Below are positions 58,234 to 64,000 of a stretch of DNA of 64,000 bases, piece after piece (the first letter of the stretch is position 1; each line of letters opens with the position of its first letter). This DNA is from an uncultured Mollicutes bacterium (GTDB lineage Bacteria > Bacillota_I > Bacilli_A > UBA3375): positions 5,813-69,812 of the forward strand of contig UWSE01000001.1 in assembly GCA_900551955.1 (NCBI GenBank), written 5' to 3'. The notes beneath the pieces were generated by a model. It made no database searches. It was not told where the DNA came from and saw nothing but the letters and a program-made list of their open reading frames with translations. A program made the position numbers and the translations under genes.

Positions 58234-60433
58234 CACTATTACCTTGATTGCGTGGCCAGCGGTGTTCTTTAACATCACCACTAGGCTCGTTATTAACCTC
58301 GTTACTACTAGTCTCTATTACTGTGTCTTGCATTTGCTTAGTAGTAATTTCATCTTTTGCCTCTTCACTAGTAGGCTCAACTTGATCATAAATACTATCA
58401 ATATCTTCTGGTAATTCGCGGTTTTTCATTAAATAATCGATTTGTTCTTTATCTAATACTTCTCGCTCACGAATTGTTTTGGCTAGTAAGTGAATATCAT
58501 CAGCACGACGCATTAAAATTTCTTGAGCACGTGCTTTGGCAGTTTTTAATAACACTTCAATTGCATCATCAATACGTGTTGCTGTCGCTTCACTATATTG
58601 TTTATTAGCATATAAGTTTTCAGCACCATTGGCTTCGTATTGATAAACTCCTAAATCACTCATTCCGTATTTCGTAACCATTGCACGAGCAATATTTGTT
58701 GCTTGTTCAAAGTCATTATAAGCACCAACTGTTACATCTCCGATAAAGATTTCTTCACTACAACGTCCTGCTAATAATGAAGTTAGACGATCTAATAATT
58801 GTTGTTTAGTTGTGAAGCGTTCTTCTTCTTCACTTGGAATATAACTTACATATCCGCCTGCATCACGACGCGGGATAATCGTAATTTTTTGGACTTCCAT
58901 AGCTCCTTCTAATTCTAAGCCAACAATACAGTGCCCACTTTCATGATAACTAACTACTTGTTTATCGTGGTGTGAATATTTATTAGTTATTTTTGCCGGT
59001 CCCATTAATACACGGTCAATTGATTCTTGCAACATCTCTTGATTAATCAATTCTTTACGTTCACGAACAGCTAACAGTGCCCCTTCATTAGCTACTGCCG
59101 CTAATTGCGCACCACTCATTCCAGTCGTACTTCTAGCTAAAGAAGCGTAGTCAATATTATCTTTAACTTTCTTATTTGCTAAGTGATAACGTAAAATTGC
59201 TTCACGTGTTTTAACTGGCGGTAAGTCTACTAAGATTTGACGATCAAAACGCCCCGGACGTAATAATGCATCATCTAAATTATCTTTTTTATTAGTTGCT
59301 GCCATTACAATAATATTAGCATCATCACTATCAAATCCATCCATTTCTACTAACAATGAGTTGATTGTTTGGTTTTGGGCCGGATTTGAATTTTTAGAAA
59401 CATCACGTTTACCGATCGCATCTATCTCATCGATAAATAGTACAGCAGGCGCTGCTTTTCTTGCTTCCTTAAATACTTTACGAATACGACTAGCTCCAAG
59501 TCCAACATACATTTCTTCAAAATCAGAACCACTTACAGCAAAGAATGGTACATTACTCTCACCAGCGACAGCTTTAGCCATTAACGTTTTACCTGTTCCT
59601 GGAGGACCTTCTAATAACACCCCGCGTGGCAATTTAGCACCCATCGCTTTATATTTTTGCGGATGTTTTAAAAAGTCAACTAATTCAGATAATTCTTGTT
59701 TTTCTTCTTCATAACCAATTACATCTTTAAAAAAGATATTGGTTTTTTTCGGACTAATGTCTTTATTATCAACACCTGGCGTTTTCCCTCGTACCATGTT
59801 AAAGATAAAGAATCCTAAAATTAAGAATGATCCAACTTGGAAGATTAATCCTACCCAATCAAATGGTGCTTTGTAAGGATAAGTATTATAACTAATTCCT
59901 TGCGCTTCTAAAGCATCTGTTACTTGTTTAATTTGGTATTCTTGAGTAATAACTGTCGTTTGGAATGGTTTTGCTCCAAGACTAACACTACCTTGTAAGA
60001 CTTGTCCTTGACGAGCAAAAAGATAACTTAACCCTTTAGTTGGATTGACTTCTTTTTCTAATTGTTGCATGTATGCTTGTTGTTCTTCATAACTTTTACC
60101 TGCAATACATGAAACTTTCAATTCAGCTAACTCTTGTTTTTTTGCTAATTTATCTTGTTGTTGATCAAAAGTTTCATGACGTTGTTGATTAAGTTTTTCC
60201 CCTTGTTGTGTTGTTACTGTTTTACCACTAACAATATACACACCATTATTAGGTGTAATACTTACATCAGCAACTTGGAAGTTTTCAATTTTAGTTAATA
60301 ATTGTTCTAATGTTAAAGTTTGGGCTTTATCTTGTCCACTCAAAATTGAATTACCAATAATTAATAATAAAATAATTAAGATAAAAATTAAAAATATATT
60401 AGGACGTTTTTTCCTATTCATCATCCTCCTCAA
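58214..60433 (-). CDS. ftsH: ATP-dependent zinc metalloprotease FtsH
   Basis: 739 aa by the track, which uses a TTG start. The ATGs at 60424 or 60421, just after AGGAGG, are more likely. It has two TM helices, Walker A GPPGTGKT, Walker B DEIDA, the SRH motif and the HESGH zinc site. Confidence 0.95.
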   Translation of the reverse strand: MRRMMNRKKRPNIFLIFILIILLLIIGNSILSGQDKAQTLTLEQLLTKIENFQVADVSITPNNGVYIVSGKTVTTQQGEKLNQQRHETFDQQQDKLAKKQELAELKVSCIAGKSYEEQQAYMQQLEKEVNPTKGLSYLFARQGQVLQGSVSLGAKPFQTTVITQEYQIKQVTDALEAQGISYNTYPYKAPFDWVGLIFQVGSFLILGFFIFNMVRGKTPGVDNKDISPKKTNIFFKDVIGYEEEKQELSELVDFLKHPQKYKAMGAKLPRGVLLEGPPGTGKTLMAKAVAGESNVPFFAVSGSDFEEMYVGLGASRIRKVFKEARKAAPAVLFIDEIDAIGKRDVSKNSNPAQNQTINSLLVEMDGFDSDDANIIVMAATNKKDNLDDALLRPGRFDRQILVDLPPVKTREAILRYHLANKKVKDNIDYASLARSTTGMSGAQLAAVANEGALLAVRERKELINQEMLQESIDRVLMGPAKITNKYSHHDKQVVSYHESGHCIVGLELEGAMEVQKITIIPRRDAGGYVSYIPSEEEERFTTKQQLLDRLTSLLAGRCSEEIFIGDVTVGAYNDFEQATNIARAMVTKYGMSDLGVYQYEANGAENLYANKQYSEATATRIDDAIEVLLKTAKARAQEILMRRADDIHLLAKTIREREVLDKEQIDYLMKNRELPEDIDSIYDQVEPTSEEAKDEITTKQMQDTVIETSSNEVNNEPSGDVKEHRWPRNQGNSDANDFM

Positions 60434-60977
60434 TTAGGTGATCAAATGGAACACCAATACAGTTTAAATCACGATACATTTCTTTATAATCGAGTCCATA
60501 ACCTAATAAGAACTCATCAGGTAACGTTTCACCAATATAGCGTGCACTTAAATCAACACTACGACCTGTTGGTTTATCAATCAATGTTGCAATCTCCACA
60601 GATTTTGCTCCACGGAACTTAAGTAAATCTATTACCTTCTTAATTGTACGACCACTATCGACAACATCTTCAATTAATAACACATCACGTCCATCTACTT
60701 GCGTTTGTAAATCTTTGATGATCTGCACTTCACCGCAAGATTTAGTTCCCCCAAAAAATGATGATACATCCATGTAGTCAATTTCCATTAATACATCAAT
60801 ATGTTTTAATAAATCACTCATAAAAGGGTGACAACCTTTTAATAAACCGACCATTAATACTGGCTGATTTTTATCCTGATAATCTTTGGTAATCTCTGCT
60901 CCCATCCGTTTACAAATATCTTGAATTTGTTGATAAGTTACAAAAACTTTTTTTAGCGTTTTTTCTTCTTTAGTCAT
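60414..60977 (-). CDS. hpt: Hypoxanthine-guanine phosphoribosyltransferase
   Basis: 187 aa with the PRPP motif VLLIEDVVDSGRT. The tilS-hpt-ftsH order matches Bacillus. Confidence 0.93.
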   Translation of the reverse strand: MTKEEKTLKKVFVTYQQIQDICKRMGAEITKDYQDKNQPVLMVGLLKGCHPFMSDLLKHIDVLMEIDYMDVSSFFGGTKSCGEVQIIKDLQTQVDGRDVLLIEDVVDSGRTIKKVIDLLKFRGAKSVEIATLIDKPTGRSVDLSARYIGETLPDEFLLGYGLDYKEMYRDLNCIGVPFDHLIEEDDE

Positions 60978-60984
60978 AATGCTC

Positions 60985-62148
60985 CTAATATATGTCGTTT
61001 TGATTGACTAAACTGATAAATTTATATTCGTTACTAATTTTAATTGGCCAACTATCACGTAGTGGTCTTGGAATTTTTGCTTTAAGCATTTTTCTTTTTA
61101 TTTTTTTAATATCATTGTGTTTAATGACATCATAATTAGTAATATCAGTTACAAGATATGTGCTGCTACTAATATTATACCCATTTATTACTAAATTATT
61201 ACCACTGTCTACAACTATTCCTGTCGGTTTGGGGAATTTAGCATCAACTATTAATTGCTCATAAACTTGATAAAGTTTATGATTATGAGGAAGAGCAAAC
61301 TCTTTATAACCTTGACCATCAAGAGCTTGATTAATACTCGCAATTAATTTCGTTGATAAATGGTGACAATTACTTTTTCGTAATTGGGCATACAAATATA
61401 AATTTTTATCTTCCACACTTCGTAATACTTTAAGGTTAAAACTCATTGTTAAATATTTTTGAAATAGTTGATAACGATCAACTATTTCGTTAATTATTAT
61501 TTGTTTTTCATTGCTGTTTTTTCGATAATTTAGTCGGTAGAAGTTTCTGGTGTATACGTCTTTTTTATTACTAGAATCTTCATACCATATTATACCACTA
61601 TTTTGAGCATAATCTATGATATTTTCTTTACTTATATCAAGGAGTGGCCGATATATATTTAACCCATTTTCTAAGGTCGTTTTTGTTCTTAAAAACGATG
61701 GTAAAATTGCTTCTTGATGGATCATAATTGTTTCCCAATTATCATCTAAATGATGAGCTAAAACTACTCCATCAAGGCGATAATGTTTTACTAAATAATG
61801 GTAGGTATTAAGACGAAATTGGCGAGCTTGGTCGTGGAAATTACCGATCTGATCGTAGTAAAAATCAGCGACAACATAAGGTCGCTGATCACGCTTGGCC
61901 ATATTTTCGACAAGTACTTGTTCTAAGGCATTTTCACTACTTCGCGTATGGTGATTGACATGCACCACCATAAAATCATATCCTAAATCATCCATTAAAT
62001 GATATAAACTACAACTATCAACTCCACCGCTAACCGCTAGCAAATAACGTTTATTTACGTCTAAATTATTTTTTAGTTCCTGTTTCAGTTGTTGGGAAGA
62101 CAAAGATAATTTCCCCAGGTTTAGATATTTTATATTGCCCACGAGCAA
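60985..62148 (-). CDS. tilS: tRNA(Ile)-lysidine synthase
   Basis: PP-loop motif LLAVSGGVDSCSL. The start is uncertain: the track uses a TTG at 62148, but a TTG at 62101-62103 preceded by ggggaaa is a better candidate. Confidence 0.85.
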   Translation of the reverse strand: MLVGNIKYLNLGKLSLSSQQLKQELKNNLDVNKRYLLAVSGGVDSCSLYHLMDDLGYDFMVVHVNHHTRSSENALEQVLVENMAKRDQRPYVVADFYYDQIGNFHDQARQFRLNTYHYLVKHYRLDGVVLAHHLDDNWETIMIHQEAILPSFLRTKTTLENGLNIYRPLLDISKENIIDYAQNSGIIWYEDSSNKKDVYTRNFYRLNYRKNSNEKQIIINEIVDRYQLFQKYLTMSFNLKVLRSVEDKNLYLYAQLRKSNCHHLSTKLIASINQALDGQGYKEFALPHNHKLYQVYEQLIVDAKFPKPTGIVVDSGNNLVINGYNISSSTYLVTDITNYDVIKHNDIKKIKRKMLKAKIPRPLRDSWPIKISNEYKFISLVNQNDIY

Positions 62149-62362
62149 TATCTAAACGCAATTCTTCGTTATTAGCAACAGTTAATTGGCGATTTAATTC
62201 TTCTTTTTGCGCTAATTTTTCTTTATTTAAGCTGATTGCTGCTTCGTATTGTCCAAAGATCTTAGGAACTGGCATTAACGAATATACTAATAATCCAATT
62301 ATGATAATTAGCGCTCCATAATAAATATAGTTGTTACTTAATAGTTTATTTAGTTTCTTCAT
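62066..62362 (-). CDS. divIC: Septum formation initiator family protein (DivIC/FtsB-like)
   Basis: 98 aa with an N-terminal TM helix followed by a coiled coil (LNKEKLAQKEELNRQL). It lies upstream of tilS, as in Bacillus. Confidence 0.6.
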   Translation of the reverse strand: MKKLNKLLSNNYIYYGALIIIIGLLVYSLMPVPKIFGQYEAAISLNKEKLAQKEELNRQLTVANNEELRLDIARGQYKISKPGEIIFVFPTTETGTKK

Positions 62363-62375
62363 ACCTTTATTATAA

Positions 62376-62405
62376 CAAAAAAAGAGCTTTAAAAGCTCTT
62401 TTTTA
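62376..62405 (-). terminator. Rho-independent terminator downstream of tuf
   Basis: The palindrome aaagagctttt / aaaagctcttt is flanked by an A-run and a T-run. Confidence 0.8.
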
Positions 62406-62415
62406 ATGTTTAAAA

Positions 62416-63603
62416 TTATTCGATTACTTTAGAAACAGTTCCTGCACCTACAGTACGTCCACCTTCACGAATTGAGAATTTAGATCCTTGTTCGATTGCT
62501 ACTGGGTGAATTAATTCAACTGTAAATTGAGTGTTATCTCCAGGCATTACCATGTCTACACCAGCTGGTAATTGCACAGTACCTGTAATATCACTTGTGC
62601 GGAAGAAGAATTGAGGGCGGTAGTTGTTGAAGAATGGAGTGTGACGTCCACCTTCTTCTTTACTTAACGCATATACTTCTGCTTCAAATTTAGTGTGAGG
62701 AGTAATACTTCCTGGTTTAGCTAATACTTGTCCACGTTCAACTCCATCACGTTCAACCCCACGTAATAATAATCCTACGTTATCTCCAGCTTCAGCGTAA
62801 TCTAATGATTTTCTAAACATTTCCATTCCAGTTACAACTGTTTTAGAAGTTTCTGGTTTAATCCCAACGATTTCAACTTCGTCGTTTAAGTCTAAGTGTC
62901 CACGTTCAACACGTCCTGTTGCTACAGTACCACGACCAGTAATACTCATAACGTCTTCTACAGGCATCATGAATGGTTTTTCGTTGTCACGTGGTGGTGC
63001 TTGAATGTAATCATCACATGCATCCATTAATTCTAAGATTTTTTCTTCCCATTGTGCATCTCCTTCTAATGCTTTTAAAGCAGATCCACGAATGATTGGA
63101 GTGTCGTTTCCTGGGAAATCGTAAGTTTCTAATAATTCACGAACTTCCATTTCTACTAACTCGATCATTTCTTCATCATCAACCATATCACATTTGTTTA
63201 AGAATACAACAATGCGAGGTACCCCTACTTGACGAGATAATAAGATGTGTTCACGAGTTTGTGGCATAGGCCCATCAGTAGCTGCAACTACTAAGATTGC
63301 CCCATCCATTTGTGCTGCACCAGTAATCATGTTTTTAACGTAGTCAGCGTGTCCTGGACAGTCTACGTGAGCGTAGTGACGTTTGTCAGTTTCATATTCT
63401 ACGTGAGCTGTTGAAATTGTAATCCCACGTTCTTTTTCTTCAGGAGCTCCATCGATTTGGTCGTAAGCTTGTGCTATAGCTCCACCTTTTTTAGCTAAAA
63501 CGTTAGTAATAGCTGCTGTTAATGTAGTTTTTCCGTGGTCTACGTGACCAATTGTTCCAATATTAACGTGTTCTTTCGAACGATCAAATTTTTCTTTTGC
63601 CAT
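62416..63603 (-). CDS. tuf: Elongation factor Tu
   Basis: 395 aa, unmistakable EF-Tu ([22 protein letters not shown]). Confidence 0.98.
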   Translation of the reverse strand: MAKEKFDRSKEHVNIGTIGHVDHGKTTLTAAITNVLAKKGGAIAQAYDQIDGAPEEKERGITISTAHVEYETDKRHYAHVDCPGHADYVKNMITGAAQMDGAILVVAATDGPMPQTREHILLSRQVGVPRIVVFLNKCDMVDDEEMIELVEMEVRELLETYDFPGNDTPIIRGSALKALEGDAQWEEKILELMDACDDYIQAPPRDNEKPFMMPVEDVMSITGRGTVATGRVERGHLDLNDEVEIVGIKPETSKTVVTGMEMFRKSLDYAEAGDNVGLLLRGVERDGVERGQVLAKPGSITPHTKFEAEVYALSKEEGGRHTPFFNNYRPQFFFRTSDITGTVQLPAGVDMVMPGDNTQFTVELIHPVAIEQGSKFSIREGGRTVGAGTVSKVIE

Positions 63604-63632
63604 TACAGCCTCCTTATTTGTTATTCTTATAT

Positions 63633-63661
63633 ATTATACTATATTTTTAAACTTTTGGTAA
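63633..63661 (-). promoter_or_regulatory. Candidate internal promoter for tuf in the fusA-tuf spacer
   Basis: The reverse complement reads TTACCA, then 17 nt, then TATAAT, followed by the RBS aaggagg. Confidence 0.35.
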
Positions 63662-63664
63662 TTA

Positions 63665-64000
63665 TTATTTATTATTAATAATATCTTGTGCAATGTTACT
63701 TGGACATTCATCATAGTGATCCATTGCCATTGAATAAGTTGCACGACCTTGAGTAAATGTACGTAAGTCAGTTGCATATCCAAACATTTCACTAAGTGGT
63801 ACAAACGCACTAATCAATAATGCATTACCACGGTTTTCTTGACCTTGAATTTGTCCACGACGAGAAGATAAGTCACCCATTACATCTCCCATATATTCTT
63901 CAGGAGTAACTACATCTACTTTCATCATTGGTTCTAATAAAACTGGGTTACAGTTTTTGTAAGCTTCTTTCATTGCCATACTAGCAGCGATACGATAAGC
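63665..64000 (-). CDS. fusA: Elongation factor G, C-terminal part (the N-terminus lies beyond the window end)
   Basis: The frame stays open to position 64000 ([17 protein letters not shown]...). The domain V/C-terminal sequence [29 protein letters not shown] is typical of EF-G. Confidence 0.93.
   Translation of the reverse strand, partial: AYRIAASMAMKEAYKNCNPVLLEPMMKVDVVTPEEYMGDVMGDLSSRRGQIQGQENRGNALLISAFVPLSEMFGYATDLRTFTQGRATYSMAMDHYDECPSNIAQDIINNK

Noticed and set aside
9264-58281. Longer N-terminal extensions offered by the ORF track for gatC (to 9599), thiX (GTG at 20691), the DnaD-like ORF (to 30877), the 34607 ORF (to 35527), hpf (to 39935), ybjQ (to 44402), gdpP (to 52366), the HExxH ORF (to 56208) and tsaE (to 58281)
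   Set aside because: In each case an internal ATG is preceded by a good SD at proper spacing and yields the family-typical N-terminus. The extension overlaps the upstream gene, a riboswitch stem or a terminator hairpin.
7122-59714. Short ORFs in the track that lie inside, and mostly antisense to, well-supported genes: 7122..7307, 11372..11587, 15283..15519, 18814..18999, 20957..21172, 29254..29505, 30104..30361, 31677..31907, 32698..32907, 40519..40707, 50688..51089, 52726..52914, 54332..54523, 58190..58414 and 59361..59714
   Set aside because: All are fully embedded in conserved housekeeping CDS. They have low-complexity or odd composition, no SD and no recognisable motifs. The longest two (133 aa inside gdpP, 117 aa inside ftsH) mirror the conserved, less AT-rich parts of their host genes, where antisense stops are rare by chance.
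1-64000. Mollicute-type genetic code (translation table 4, TGA = Trp) as the explanation for the missing TGA stops
   Set aside because: All 64 proteins are full-length under the standard code and every Trp codon I checked is TGG. In an AT-rich table-4 organism, in-frame TGA would be frequent and would fragment these ORFs. Only the weaker statement, that TGA is unused here, is retained as a finding.
1-64000. Search for CRISPR arrays, IS elements or transposases, integrases, prophage genes, toxin-antitoxin pairs and known defence modules
   Set aside because: Nothing was found. There are no spaced direct repeats, no transposase-like or integrase-like ORFs, no tRNA-adjacent island (tRNA-Leu is flanked by ybjQ and murF), and every intergenic gap over 60 nt is explained by a promoter, leader, terminator or RNA gene.

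Overview
This is a densely packed, very AT-rich (roughly 30% GC by eye) core-genome segment from a low-GC, wall-bearing Bacillota-like bacterium. It is Bacilli/Erysipelotrichia-like by synteny; the exact lineage cannot be determined from the sequence alone. I can support 65 CDS, two of them truncated by the window edges: rel at the 5' edge and fusA at the 3' edge. I also support one tmRNA, one tRNA-Leu(CAA), one TPP riboswitch controlling a thiXYZ-type ABC importer, about a dozen rho-independent terminators and a recurring extended -10 promoter motif (TGnTATAAT). 58 of the 65 CDS lie on the minus strand, and many are translationally coupled by overlapping stop and start codons. The content is almost entirely housekeeping: apt-rel, gatCAB-camS-ligA, ispH, pta, RNase HII/HIII, the dnaG-sigA-trmK-yqfO block, topA, rbgA, rplS, hslO, hpf, tagO-ddl-murF, dnaB-rplI-gdpP-rpsR-ssb-rpsF, gpmI, tsaE-ftsH-hpt-tilS-divIC and tuf-fusA. 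I found no CRISPR array, IS or transposon, prophage, or recognisable defence or toxin island, so I do not claim a novel multi-gene system here. The signals most worth a second look are: (1) none of the 64 stop codons in the window is TGA (48 TAA, 16 TAG) and Trp is TGG wherever checked; (2) SigA carries an insertion of about 125 aa inside region 4 plus a basic N-terminal module resembling a helix-extension-helix (HeH) motif; (3) a MurF-type ligase has its N-terminal domain replaced by about five transmembrane helices; (4) there are candidate leaderless or near-leaderless transcripts, and structured rpsF and rplS leaders.
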